The position numbers and the translations under genes are program-made. The notes below the pieces were generated by a model. That model ran no database searches. It saw only the letters and a program-made list of their open reading frames with translations, and was not told where the DNA came from. 64,000 nt of DNA from Cycloclasticus sp. (GTDB lineage Bacteria; Pseudomonadota; Gammaproteobacteria; Methylococcales; Cycloclasticaceae), in contig JBDOOJ010000055.1 in NCBI GenBank assembly GCA_039830885.1, positions 1,406 to 65,405 of the forward strand, written 5' to 3'. This document shows, piece after piece, positions 22,589 through 33,249 of the stretch. How positions within the stretch are numbered: position 1 is the stretch's first letter; each line of letters opens with the position of its first letter.

Positions 22589-24160
22589 ATGAAAAATATT
22601 AAGCGTTTATTCCGATATTGTTTTTTACTTCTATTACTGACGCCTTTGCTTGCGCCCGCGGCAACGTTTAATAAAAATGGCAAGAAATCATTGGAAGTTC
22701 GGGTGCTGGTTGATGTGTCCGACAGAATGGTGATTAGCGACCCAGACAATCATCGAGTAGCCGCTTTAAAGCTATTCATCAAATTATTGCCGAATAATGC
22801 CAACGCTGGAATTTGGATGTTTGATGGCGCGACCACCGAGTTAATAAAAACGGCCAAGTCGGGCATCTCCTGGAAAACCCAGGCGCTAAAGAATGTCGAT
22901 AAAGTTCACTCAAATGGTAAGACGGCGGATATTGAAAGAGCGTTGGCCGTTGCTTCGTTGGATTGGGTGGAAAAGAACCCCAAAGAAAGCCGGCATATTA
23001 TTTTATTAACCGATGGAAAAATCACGTCGGGTAGAACAAAAGCTGACAATCTAGCGTCGAAACAACGCATATTAAATTACCAAATAACGCGTTTAAAAGC
23101 CGCTGACGTTAGCGTTCATACCATTGGTTTTTCCGAAGATGCAGACGTGGAGTTTTTAGACGCCATTGCTACAGAAACCGTCGGTTGGTTCGACGTGGCG
23201 AAAACAGCAGAACAGCTAGAGAAAACGCTACTCAGAGTGAATAAGCGGTTGGTCGAAAAAAACAGAATTCCTTTGATCGCAAATAAATTTACGGTGGACG
23301 AAACAGTGAGGCAATTCACCGCGGTGGTGTTTAGAAAGAAGGGCTTTGGTTCAACGCAACTAGACGACCCAGAAGGTATGGATTTTGGTCGAAGTAGCGA
23401 CCGGACAGGCGTCACGTGGCATCGAGAAAAGAAATTTGACATCGTTACCGTGACAAAACCGATGGAAGGAGAGTGGCTCTTGATCGCGCCAAATGACCCG
23501 AATAACGAAATATTTATCACCACTAATCTGCAAATGGCGCTTGATGATTTGCCGAAAGAAATTTATGCGGGCAGTGATACTCGGATAAGGATCTTGATGA
23601 CCGATAGAGGTAAATTGCTAAAAAATAGCAATGTATTAAGTGTGATTGAGGCGAGTGTTGAGATAACCAATAAGCGGGGCGACAAAGAAGTTTTTGAGAT
23701 GGAACAGGACATGATCACCGGTGGGTACTTCTTTGTAGATTTGGGTAAAGACTTCAAGGTAGGTCCTTATGAATTAGTCGCCAGAGCGGTTGGTAATACC
23801 TTTGAGCGAATAGAGTCGGCTACTTTCCATGTGAAACCAAAGCCTGCAGTCAATTACACAGAAATTAAACTGGTGTTTAAACAAGTATTAGCGGATGCCG
23901 GCATTGTGATAGCTGAAAAAGGGGTCACCGATGATGAGATGCTGCAATGCCCAGACTTATCGAAAATAGTCGTCGGTGGCGCGTGTCCGATAGCGCCAGT
24001 GCAAGAACCGGTTGAGGAAGAAACGGATTGGATAATGGCCGGGGGCATTGTGCTGCTTGTCAACCTTTTATTAGCGGCAGGCGGGTTCTTTGGTTTCAAA
24101 ATAGTCAGAAAAAAAGCGGCTGAAGAAGATGAAAGTCTAATGAAAAAGGTGGCGACATGA
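22589..24160 (+). CDS. Exported VWA-domain protein with C-terminal membrane anchor (TIGR03503-like)
   Basis: Signal peptide, VLVDVS, IILLTDG, VHTIG, Ig-like region and C-terminal TM GIVLLVNLLLAAGGF. Confidence 0.7.
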   Translation: MKNIKRLFRYCFLLLLLTPLLAPAATFNKNGKKSLEVRVLVDVSDRMVISDPDNHRVAALKLFIKLLPNNANAGIWMFDGATTELIKTAKSGISWKTQALKNVDKVHSNGKTADIERALAVASLDWVEKNPKESRHIILLTDGKITSGRTKADNLASKQRILNYQITRLKAADVSVHTIGFSEDADVEFLDAIATETVGWFDVAKTAEQLEKTLLRVNKRLVEKNRIPLIANKFTVDETVRQFTAVVFRKKGFGSTQLDDPEGMDFGRSSDRTGVTWHREKKFDIVTVTKPMEGEWLLIAPNDPNNEIFITTNLQMALDDLPKEIYAGSDTRIRILMTDRGKLLKNSNVLSVIEASVEITNKRGDKEVFEMEQDMITGGYFFVDLGKDFKVGPYELVARAVGNTFERIESATFHVKPKPAVNYTEIKLVFKQVLADAGIVIAEKGVTDDEMLQCPDLSKIVVGGACPIAPVQEPVEEETDWIMAGGIVLLVNLLLAAGGFFGFKIVRKKAAEEDESLMKKVAT

Positions 24161-24255
24161 TGAACGCATTCTTAATGTGGGCTGTCATGACGAGTGTGTT
24201 GTTCAGTGTACGACTAGGATTGCCGCGGTTGGTTATACGGAGAATATTTAGATGA
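24157..24255 (+). CDS. Putative 32-aa small membrane protein
   Basis: MMNAFLMWAVMTSVLFSVRLGLPRLVIRRIFR; ATGA 4-bp overlaps with both the upstream stop and the downstream start. Confidence 0.45.
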   Translation: MMNAFLMWAVMTSVLFSVRLGLPRLVIRRIFR

Positions 24256-24956
24256 GTGTCGGTTTACTAATTATATTGTGTGAGCTTGTTGTTCTGCTGA
24301 TAGCGGGCGGTGTCTTTTTATTCATCAAAGCACAAAAGTCAAAGGAAGCGAAAAGGAGTCAGCTTTCTGGTTTGCTAAGAAAAGTGGCCAATGAAGCGCC
24401 AGACAGAGTGGAAAAGTTAGCAGGCACGTTTAAATCCCTGGGTGTGCCAGAAATGCAAGCAGAGCAAAGTGCTAGTCAGTTAGTGGATGCAGAGAGCGCC
24501 TGTGTTAAAAAGTTTGTAAATATTGAGCTGGCACAAGTAGAAGAAGATGTCGCTTTTTTCCACGAAGCGATATATGAACTATCTGCCGTACATATGGGCG
24601 TTAGTATGCTGAACGCTGAAAGTCTGCCGAAGTCTCAGGCACCCGCAGAAGCCCCAGCAACGGTCAGCGAAGAGCCGTCCGTTGAAATAGATGAAGACGA
24701 ATCGAGTGTTCTTGGAGATGATGATATTGAAGTGTCGTTAGACATGGATGATATCGACGAAATGGTGGGCTCAGCATCTGACGAACCTGAGCCCGAACCT
24801 GAGCCCGAACCCGTTGCAGAGCCGGTAAAAGCGCCTGAAAATGATGCCTTATCATTTGATATAGATGATATGGTTGCCTCTGCGTTTGAAGATGATGAGT
24901 CCGATAGCGCTCCTTCGAGTAGTGATGACGCGGAGGACACAGACTCGAAAAAGTAA
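24252..24956 (+). CDS. Hypothetical protein: N-terminal TM, helical domain, long acidic/Pro-Glu disordered tail
   Basis: N-terminal hydrophobic helix; D/E-rich C-terminal half with EPEPEPEPEP. Confidence 0.7.
   Translation: MSVGLLIILCELVVLLIAGGVFLFIKAQKSKEAKRSQLSGLLRKVANEAPDRVEKLAGTFKSLGVPEMQAEQSASQLVDAESACVKKFVNIELAQVEEDVAFFHEAIYELSAVHMGVSMLNAESLPKSQAPAEAPATVSEEPSVEIDEDESSVLGDDDIEVSLDMDDIDEMVGSASDEPEPEPEPEPVAEPVKAPENDALSFDIDDMVASAFEDDESDSAPSSSDDAEDTDSKK
24783..24812 (+). repeat. 12-bp tandem repeat (GAACCTGAGCCC x2.5) encoding a Glu-Pro repeat
   Basis: Seen directly. Confidence 0.75.
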
Positions 24957-24972
24957 AAAAGTTGAGGGGCTT

Positions 24973-25944
24973 TTGAACAGATTTACATTAATACTTAGTG
25001 CGATGTTGCTTGTTGGGCTTTCAGCAAGCTTTTTAGCCTATGCGTCAACCGCGCGTAACGAGCCAATTTCACCTATTCCGCAAACACAAAACATCGATTC
25101 AGCTGCCGTTGAATTAGGTAATAAGTTGTTTCACGACACGCGTTTTTCAAGTGATCAAACGATTTCCTGTGCCAGTTGCCACTCACTAGTCTCCGGTGGA
25201 ATGGACAACAAGACCATTTCTTTAGGTGTAGAAAAAAGACAGGGAAATATCAACACACCAACGGTATTTAACAGCAAATTTAACTTCAAACAATTTTGGG
25301 ATGGCCGCGCTGCGAACTTAATGCAGCAAATGGAAGACCCCATTCATAGTGAACAAGAGATGGATTCGAGTTGGCCACGTATTATTGGCATCATCAAAGG
25401 CGACCCATCGTATATGGCGATGTTTTCAAATAATTACGATGACGGTGTCACGATTAAAAACATTAAATCGGCCATTGTTGAGTTTGAAAACACCTTGGTG
25501 ACACCGAATAGTCGATTCGATAAATATTTACGTGGTGACGATGAAGCGATTACAAAAGAGGAGCTTAGTGGTTATCAGCTGTTTAAGTCGTATGGCTGTG
25601 TCTCGTGCCATCAGGGCGTTAACGTCGGCGGTAAGTTGTTCCAAAAACTCGGCATTGTTTATGAATACAGCTTTAGCAATTTAGGCGGCAATAACCGTGA
25701 CTTAGGTCGTTTTAATATTACTCAACAATTGGATGATAAGTATGTATTTAAGGTTCCAAGTTTGCGAAATATTGCGTTAACGGCGCCTTATCTACATGAC
25801 GGTTCTCAGGCAACTCTAGAAGATGTCGTCTCAGCAATGATGTTTCATCAATTAGGCATCCCATCATCCGAAGAAGATATTCGTTTAATCGTTAAGTTTT
25901 TGAATACATTAACTGGCGAATATCAAGGTAAGCCGTTGCAATGA
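24973..25944 (+). CDS. Di-haem cytochrome c peroxidase (bCcP/MauG family)
   Basis: SCASCH and GCVSCH haem motifs, NTPTVFN, QFWDGRA, FKVPSLRNIALTAPYLHDG; probable TTG start after GAGGGG. Confidence 0.9.
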   Translation: MNRFTLILSAMLLVGLSASFLAYASTARNEPISPIPQTQNIDSAAVELGNKLFHDTRFSSDQTISCASCHSLVSGGMDNKTISLGVEKRQGNINTPTVFNSKFNFKQFWDGRAANLMQQMEDPIHSEQEMDSSWPRIIGIIKGDPSYMAMFSNNYDDGVTIKNIKSAIVEFENTLVTPNSRFDKYLRGDDEAITKEELSGYQLFKSYGCVSCHQGVNVGGKLFQKLGIVYEYSFSNLGGNNRDLGRFNITQQLDDKYVFKVPSLRNIALTAPYLHDGSQATLEDVVSAMMFHQLGIPSSEEDIRLIVKFLNTLTGEYQGKPLQ

Positions 25945-28900
25945 CCAACAAGCGAACGTCAATCGTCATTTTTGTTTTCATGCTCGGTCTAATAGCGGCT
26001 TCTAGTTGGTTATATGTGCAGTCGCAAGTGGATTACGAAACGCACAATAAGCGCATGGAGTTGGTTAATCAACTGCAACTTCAAACGAATAAATTGTTTA
26101 ACGATATTTTGCAGGTTGAGGGTGGAGGCAGAAATAATTTTGACCAAGTAGCGCAAACAGAAAGGCGCGTTGAGCAGTTACTGGCCGCGCAAGAAGTAAG
26201 TGGAAAGGAGAGCGTGGCGTTAGCAACAGAAGTTAAACGCTTTTTGGCGGCAGTATCGAGGATAAAATCCAATTTTGCTATTTTCTTAAATTCGGTGTCG
26301 TACTTTCCTAAAAGCGTTTCCTTGTTACGAAAAGAATTAATCGACACTGACGACATAAAATTGCTTCAAGAAGTCAATAGTTTGGAGCGGCAAGCGCTAC
26401 GTTACAGTGGTTTTAGCGCCAATAATACCGCTAAAAGCCGGATGATAATTAACAATAAGATTGATTCATTAGAACGCGTTTTTGCGACACGTCATGTCGA
26501 GATTAGACAGTTGGCATCGGTGGTTGTTCGGCATACTAATGTGTTGTTGAATCATGCCGATAGGCTTCACAAGCTGAATGAACAAATTTTGCAAAATGAA
26601 ATAGCTGCTTTGGCTCCGCAAGTATTAAATAGGTATGATGCGAGCTTCAAAAGAACCCTTGAAGCGGCAAAGGACGTAAAGACGGGTTTTTATATGTCTA
26701 TTTTCGTTTTACTGTATTTGACGTTTGTTTTCTGGAACAGGCAACGTCAATCGCTGCGCTATTTAGCTGAAAATACAAAGTCCTTAAGTTTGGCGCTTAA
26801 AACGGCCAAGCAAAATCAATTTTCGGTTAATATCAAAAAAAGACAGGTGACGCTCGGTAAAGCCTATACCAAGGCCTTAGGGCTTGGTTCAAAAGAGCAC
26901 TATTTAAGTATTGAAGAATGGGAAGGTCACCTTCACCCCGATGAAAAAACCACGGTGGTTTCTCATTTCCATGATTGTATAACAACGGGCACAGATTTTA
27001 ATATCGATTAACGTTGGAAGGGGCAGCAGGGACACTGGCTGTGGGTAAGTTCAGTTGGCCGAGTTGTCGAATATGATAGCGCAGGCAAGCCACTTAAAAT
27101 GGCGGGCATTAGCACTAACATTAGCGAACGAAAATCTAACGAAGATGTGTTGCGTATCATCGCAGAGACCAGCCCCGATCATCAAAATTCCTCAGGGGAG
27201 GACCTTTATCGCACCGTCGTTAAAGAATTGGCGATGGCAAAGGATGTAAAATTCGCGTTCATTGCAACAATCAACTTAATCGACCCTCATGTACTCGATA
27301 CCTTGGCGGTATGGGCAGACGGTGAATTTGGCGAAAATTTTTCGTATACGTTAGAAGGCACGCCATGCCAAAATATTATTGCAGAAACGGTGTTCTTTTT
27401 CCCTGATGGAGTTAAATCACTATTTCCAAGCAACCAGTTTTTGACTGATTTGGGCATAGAAAGTTACATGGGTGTGCCGTTAAGAAACAGTCATAACCGA
27501 ATAATCGGCATACTGTCTATACTGGATGTTGACTCGATGGTCAGTCAATCTCAATTGGAACCGTTGATGTTGAGTTTGGCAACACGGGTTGCAATGGAAA
27601 TGGAGCGTAACGAAGCTGCCAAGCAGTTAACCCAAATGGCGCACTATGATGTGTTAACGGGTCTGCCAAACCGAGCGCTGTTATCCGATCGTTTTTTACA
27701 GGCGCAAGCCCATGCTGAAAGAACAGGGACCTTGTTGGCCGTTTGCTTTTTAGATTTGGATAATTTTAAACCTGTGAACGATACGCATGGCCACGATGTA
27801 GGCGACTCGCTTCTGAAAGAGGTGGCTGAGCGATTATTAAATACGGTTCGTAAAGATGACACGGTATCTCGACTGGGTGGTGATGAATTTGTCTTATTGC
27901 TGAGTGAGTTGCTAACAGTAGAAGAATGTCAATTGACCTTGGATCGGTTTATTCATGCTCTATCCGAGCCGTATCATATTGCCGGCCAAGCGCTTAATGT
28001 TAGCGCGTCGATTGGTTTTACACTATCAGGCACCGCCAATAATGATCTCGACTTTTTACTACGTCAAGCCGATCAGGCGATGTATTTGTCGAAAACTAAG
28101 GGCAAGAATAGATACAGTAAATTTGATGCGGAACGAGATCAGCTAGAAACTAAAAAACACATCGAGTTATCTGAAATACGACAAGCATTGTCGGATAAAG
28201 AGTTCTGTTTGTATTATCAACCTAAAGTAAATATGAAAACGGGTAAAGTCTACGGAGCTGAGGCGTTAATTCGTTGGATGCACCCAGAAAAAGGTCTGAT
28301 ACCTCCGTTTGGGTTTTTGCCGTTGATTGATGGCAATAAAATGGAAATTGCGGTTGGCGATTGGGTTATCTCTGAAGGGCTTAGGCAAATGCAGGCATGG
28401 CAAGTGGTTGGTGTTGAGCTTGAAGTCAGCGTCAATATTTCGTCCTACCATTTATTGTCGCGAAACTTTGTGGAAACGCTCAAGAGCTTATTAGAAAACC
28501 ATTCAGCCATTAATCCAGCGAATTTTCAGCTAGAGATTTTAGAAAGCAGCGTGCTGGGCGATATAGAAAAAATCAGCGACATTCTTCGTTGTTGCCGTGA
28601 TGATTTAGGCGTAAAAATTGCGCTGGATGATTTTGGCACCGGCTACTCTTCGCTCACTCATTTAAGGCAATTACCAGCCAGCACGGTGAAAATTGACCGA
28701 ACTTTTATACGGGATATATTAGAAGACTCTAACGACTACGCTATAGTGAAAGCCGTGGTTGGCCTGGCAGATTCATTCGGTCTACACGTAATAGCAGAAG
28801 GCGTAGAAACCAGCGAGCAAGGTCTGACCTTGCTTGAAATGGGCTGTGTCAACGCCCAAGGGTTTGGCATTGCTAAACCCATGCCCGCAGATGAAATGCC

Positions 28901-28952
28901 AGCGTGGTTAGCGGACTATCAGCCTAACCAGCAGTGGATGGATGCAACATAA
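25941..28952 (+). pseudogene. DAHL-like sensor-PAS-GAF-GGDEF-EAL protein split by an in-frame TAA (27009-27011)
   Basis: ORFs 25941 and 27099 are in the same frame; read-through gives a continuous PAS/PAC (FNID*RWKGQQGHWLWVSSVGRVV...ITNISERK-like); intact GGDEF (RLGGDEF), EAL (AEALIRW) and DDFGTGYSS. Confidence 0.8.
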
Positions 28953-29126
28953 AATACACAGTAAGTGTCTTCTGGCGGCATAAGTTCAGCTGAGTTATTT
29001 GCAAAGAAATTTGTGCTTATGCGCATTTAGCGATTAGAAAAGTTCTATTGTGGCATCAGGATTTTCGTTTATTAGTTTGAAGTGATATATGATTGAGTTT
29101 TCGATATATGAAGCAACAGCTTAAGC

Positions 29127-30218
29127 ATGAATCAAACGATAAAACATAAAAAAGCAGCGGATTTACGCTACTTGCTGGGTTCTTTTATGTTGTCGATAGG
29201 CGTTGCTGGATTTTATATAGGTGGCGTTTGGAACTGGTTAGGCACGGTAGCGTTTATTTTTGTTGTGCTGTTTGATATTGCCTTGCCATCAGACGAAAAG
29301 CCCCGTGACGTTATCCCGACAGGGCTTCAAAATGTTGTGCTTTACCTGCAGTTGCTGTTCATTGTTGTCCTTTGGATGATGTTTGCTCAGATGCTTCATG
29401 AAGGGCAAAGTAGTGTATTTGAAATAGCGGGCGCGATTTTTTCAATTTCCTTTTTAAGTGCACTTGGCGGCCTGCCCCCCTCGCATGAATTAATGCATCG
29501 GCGTGATAAATTTGCACGCTTTTACAGCTCACTTTATTTAACTGTTTTTATGCTGCCAATGAACGACCTTGGCCATGTTCGCGGACATCATCTAAAAGTT
29601 GCCACATCAGAAGATAGCGATACACCTAGGCGGGGCGAGTTGGTTTATACGTTTGCTTTCCGTTCGTTGTGGGGGCAGTTTGTAGATTCTGTAGAAATGG
29701 AACGAGATCGACTGCGCCGACATAAGAGGCCTTTGTGGGTGGCATCGGGGCGATTTTTTCAATCATTTGTTACGGTGGCGCTTTGGTTGACGGCTTGGTT
29801 CTTCGTGGCGGGTATTCAAGCGATTCCAGTATTTTTTCTAACGATTGTCATCTTTTTTCTCGTGTTGGGTGGTTTTAATTACACGCAGCACTACGGTTTA
29901 ATTCGCGTCATTGATGAGCCGATAGAACCTAGACATTCGTGGAATCAGTTAAAGCCTTTAAGTCGCGCCTTATCATTTGAAATTTCAAATCATTCGGAGC
30001 ATCACTTGGTGCCTACTCGGGGGTACACTGAACTAAAACCCTATCCCGACGCGCCACAAATGCCGAGTATTGCATTATGTTTTATCGCAGCATTTATTCC
30101 ACCAATATGGGAGCGCTATTTTGTGCGACCTCGTTTAAACTATTGGGATAATCACCATGCTAACGATGCCGAAAAGGTATTGGCGGTAGAAGCAAATAAA
30201 CGGGCAGGCTGGGTTTAG
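29127..30218 (+). CDS. XylM-type integral-membrane di-iron methyl-aromatic monooxygenase (AlkB/XylM family)
   Basis: His boxes SHELMHRR, HVRGHH, NYTQHYGL, NHSEHH; XylM-like DSDTPxRG, APQMPS, IPPxW, ANKxAGW. Confidence 0.85.
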   Translation: MNQTIKHKKAADLRYLLGSFMLSIGVAGFYIGGVWNWLGTVAFIFVVLFDIALPSDEKPRDVIPTGLQNVVLYLQLLFIVVLWMMFAQMLHEGQSSVFEIAGAIFSISFLSALGGLPPSHELMHRRDKFARFYSSLYLTVFMLPMNDLGHVRGHHLKVATSEDSDTPRRGELVYTFAFRSLWGQFVDSVEMERDRLRRHKRPLWVASGRFFQSFVTVALWLTAWFFVAGIQAIPVFFLTIVIFFLVLGGFNYTQHYGLIRVIDEPIEPRHSWNQLKPLSRALSFEISNHSEHHLVPTRGYTELKPYPDAPQMPSIALCFIAAFIPPIWERYFVRPRLNYWDNHHANDAEKVLAVEANKRAGWV

Positions 30219-30242
30219 CAGCAATAAAAAAAGGAAAGTGAC

Positions 30243-31388
30243 ATGGTTAATGAAGACGTTTTAAAACGAACCAAACAATGGCGTGGTTATGTAGAAGCTA
30301 AGCTAGGTTTCCGTAACCATTGGTACCCTGCCTTTTTTGCTGATGAGGTAAAAGAAGGCGAGCCGGTTAAAACTAAATTGTTGGGTGAGAATTTACTGAT
30401 TAACCGTATTGATGGCGAGGTGTTCGCGATTAAAGACCAATGCTTACACCGTGGTGTGCCACTGTCTAAAAAACTGGAATGTTATACCAAAGACACGATT
30501 ACCTGTTGGTATCACGCGTGGACGTATCAATGGAAAGACGGTTTATTGTGCGACATTATGACCGATCCCAGTAGCCAAATGATAGGCAAGCACAAACTAA
30601 AAACGTACAAGGTGGAAGAAGCAAAAGGCTTGGTGTTTATTTTTATGGGTGACATTGATCCGCCGCCTTTATCGCATGATGTAGCGCCAAATTTCTTAGA
30701 CGATGACATGGTAATCCGTGGAATTAAGACAGAAGTGAATTCTAACTGGCGGATGGGTGTTGAAAACGGTTTTGATTCGACGCATGTGTTTATTCATAAA
30801 GACAGCCCAATGATGCCGGAGAATAAAACGGTTGTGCCGTTAGGGTTTTCACCCAACCGCGGTGAAGAAAGTGAAATGGTCACGGTTGTAAAAGGCGAGG
30901 ATGGCCCAACCGGCGTGTTTGATAATATTGGTGCTCACTCAAGGCCTATTTTGGAAGGGACGATAAAAGGCGAGCCGGTTGTACACAGTGTGATGGGGGG
31001 TGATAAACGTATTGCGCTACAAATTTCTATTTGGCTACCGGGTACGTTAAAAGTTGACCCATTTCCTGACCCATCGCTTATTCAATTTGAATGGTACGTG
31101 CCTAGAGACGAAACCTCACATTGGTATTTCCGAACATTAGGCAGACGGGTTGAAAGCGCTGAAGAAGAAATTGCGTATGACAAAGAATTCCACGAACACT
31201 GGAAACCATTAAGCCTGCATGGGTTTAATGACGACGACATTTGGGCGCGTGAAGCGATGCAAACTTTTTACGAAGACGATTGGGGTTGGGTTAAAGAGCA
31301 GCTTTTTGAGGCCGACAGCAATATTGTCGCTTGGCGAAAATTGGCCAGCGAAACGAATCGCGGCATTCAAAAGAAAGAGAATTTGTAA
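30243..31388 (+). CDS. carAa: Carbazole 1,9a-dioxygenase-type homotrimeric Rieske oxygenase
   Basis: AKLGFRNHWYP, Rieske CLH...CWYH, ENGFDxxHxxIHKD, ISIWLPGxLKVxPFP...QFEWYVP and GFNDDDIWAR, closely resembling CarAa as recalled. Confidence 0.85.
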   Translation: MVNEDVLKRTKQWRGYVEAKLGFRNHWYPAFFADEVKEGEPVKTKLLGENLLINRIDGEVFAIKDQCLHRGVPLSKKLECYTKDTITCWYHAWTYQWKDGLLCDIMTDPSSQMIGKHKLKTYKVEEAKGLVFIFMGDIDPPPLSHDVAPNFLDDDMVIRGIKTEVNSNWRMGVENGFDSTHVFIHKDSPMMPENKTVVPLGFSPNRGEESEMVTVVKGEDGPTGVFDNIGAHSRPILEGTIKGEPVVHSVMGGDKRIALQISIWLPGTLKVDPFPDPSLIQFEWYVPRDETSHWYFRTLGRRVESAEEEIAYDKEFHEHWKPLSLHGFNDDDIWAREAMQTFYEDDWGWVKEQLFEADSNIVAWRKLASETNRGIQKKENL

Positions 31389-31396
31389 ACGAAGTC

Positions 31397-31426
31397 AGCT
31401 GAACGCTGTATTTGCAGCGTTCAGCT
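31397..31426. terminator. Hairpin between the convergent carAa-like and extradiol dioxygenase genes
   Basis: AGCTGAACGCTG-TATTTG-CAGCGTTCAGCT, 12-bp perfect stem. Confidence 0.7.
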
Positions 31427-31434
31427 AGGTTATT

Positions 31435-32340
31435 TTAATGAGCGCCTGGCTGATGCCCCCAATCGCTGGGTTGTGAATAGGTTTTAACTTCCCAATTACC
31501 TTCTTCAATAATCAATCCGCCCCAACCTATTTCTAAACCAAAACCACCGGGCGTGGCAACGTAGAATGAAAACATTTGGTCGTTGGGGTGATGACCTAGC
31601 TCCATAAAGAAGGGGATGTTGGCATCTTTACAGCGCTGGCAAGCAAGCCCTACGTCATTCATGTCTTCCACTTGCAGCATAAAGTGATGCAGCTTCTTTG
31701 GGAAAGGTAATGCGGCAAACGCAGCAGAATGGTGACGGCCTGTTTTAGTGTGCATAAACGTCGCATCTAGTACGGGGCCGCCGGGTGCAATTTCACCGCG
31801 AATATAATCGCTTAATCGGAGGCATAAAACATCGCGATAAAAGCGATTGGTGTCGTCTTTATTGTCGGCAATAGCAACGTAGTGTCCTGCGCCAAACTCT
31901 TCAGCAAGAAAGCTGTCTTTCATAACGGATGACTTAAAGGATTCACTCATGGGTGCAACCGCTGCGCCAAAATAGAGTTCGTGATTAACACCGTTTGGGT
32001 CGGTACAAATGTAGGCTTTTTCAACGGCACGTGTGTTGCAAAAATCACTATCGGCTAGCTGAATATCAACGCCTTGCGATTTGATATGCGTAGCCAGTGC
32101 ATCGAGCGATTCTTCACAGTCCAATTCCCAACCAATGGCCGCGAGGTCATCAGCATCGTTTTGCTGAATAACAATACGTTGTTCTTGGCTGTCAATTCGT
32201 AATACTAAGGTTTGGTCGCTTGACCTGCTGCCCACTTGCAAACCGATAATATCTTGTAAAAATGTTTTCCAAGCGGCTAAATCCGTTGCGTTAAATACAA
32301 AGTAGCCTAGGTTTGATGGTGTTAGTTGGTTGTTGTTCAT
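31435..32340 (-). CDS. Type I (VOC-fold, BphC-like) extradiol ring-cleavage dioxygenase
   Basis: LGY, GH, RHHS, LHHFMLQ, LGHHPNDQMFSFY.ATPGGF.LEIGW, WGH. Confidence 0.9.
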   Translation of the reverse strand: MNNNQLTPSNLGYFVFNATDLAAWKTFLQDIIGLQVGSRSSDQTLVLRIDSQEQRIVIQQNDADDLAAIGWELDCEESLDALATHIKSQGVDIQLADSDFCNTRAVEKAYICTDPNGVNHELYFGAAVAPMSESFKSSVMKDSFLAEEFGAGHYVAIADNKDDTNRFYRDVLCLRLSDYIRGEIAPGGPVLDATFMHTKTGRHHSAAFAALPFPKKLHHFMLQVEDMNDVGLACQRCKDANIPFFMELGHHPNDQMFSFYVATPGGFGLEIGWGGLIIEEGNWEVKTYSQPSDWGHQPGAH

Positions 32341-32362
32341 GCTATTTTCCCCAGTACGGTGA

Positions 32363-33232
32363 TTAGATTTTCCCAGTGTTTAGGAAGCTACGTAATACGG
32401 TATTAAACTCTTCGGGTGATTCGTATTGTGGCCAATGGGCGGCGTCATTTTTCATGATATAAAGCAATGAACCGGGTATTTTTGCAGCACTATTTTTTGC
32501 GCAAGGTACGTCGTGGCATGGGTTATCTTCAGTCCAAAGGAATAGCGTTTCTTTTTTGATTTTCTCCATCGGAATCAGGTAGTCATCGTGCATACCGATC
32601 ATGCCTAATACTTTTGGTGCGACTTCTTTAGAACCGGGGCGGCGATAACACGTTAAGCGGGTTTCCACTAATTCCGGTGTGATCATGCTGTCGTGATTGT
32701 TTGGGTGGAATAGCCATTTCATTCGGTTACTGACGCTATCGAATGTTGGCGGCCCCATGGTGGTGGCTTTTGATGTCAGATCTATAAGCCCTTGCAGTTC
32801 TTCGCGACCTTTGTCGGTAATAATGGGTAAGCCAGCAGCGGTGTTGAGGTTTAATTTTAAAACACGATCAGGGTATTCAATGGTGAATAGGCCAGACACC
32901 CAGCCGCCCATAGATTCGCCTGATAAATGGGCTTTATCAATACCCAATGTATCCATTAGTTCACGCAAGTGGTCTACCAATGTTAACGGCGTGTAGTCGA
33001 GTAAGGGCTTGTCAGACATACCTTGGCCAACATAGTCGTAAGCAATCACGTGAAATTCGTCAGACAAAGCAACGATATTTTTAGCGTAAGCTTCTAAATG
33101 CCCACCTACGCCGTGTAAAAAAATAATGGTTTCTTTATTGCCTTTGCCAGCCTCAGCAATGCGAGTTTTTCCGTACGATGGGGTCTCGACGTATCGAATT
33201 TCTGCGCCCATAAAATCAAGCCATAATGACAT
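32363..33232 (-). CDS. Meta-cleavage product C-C hydrolase (alpha/beta fold)
   Basis: LHGVGGH, GESMGG nucleophile elbow, AHWPQYE; real start probably MSLWLDF at 33232 (AAGG RBS). Confidence 0.85.
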   Translation of the reverse strand: MSLWLDFMGAEIRYVETPSYGKTRIAEAGKGNKETIIFLHGVGGHLEAYAKNIVALSDEFHVIAYDYVGQGMSDKPLLDYTPLTLVDHLRELMDTLGIDKAHLSGESMGGWVSGLFTIEYPDRVLKLNLNTAAGLPIITDKGREELQGLIDLTSKATTMGPPTFDSVSNRMKWLFHPNNHDSMITPELVETRLTCYRRPGSKEVAPKVLGMIGMHDDYLIPMEKIKKETLFLWTEDNPCHDVPCAKNSAAKIPGSLLYIMKNDAAHWPQYESPEEFNTVLRSFLNTGKI

Positions 33233-33249
33233 AGTGTATTCCTTGTATT

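Noticed and set aside
24865-24972. N-terminal extensions in the ORF track (ccp from 24865, hydrolase from 33325, glnK from 40286, hslU from 11448)
   Set aside because: They overlap upstream genes or lack an RBS; downstream starts match the family N-termini better.
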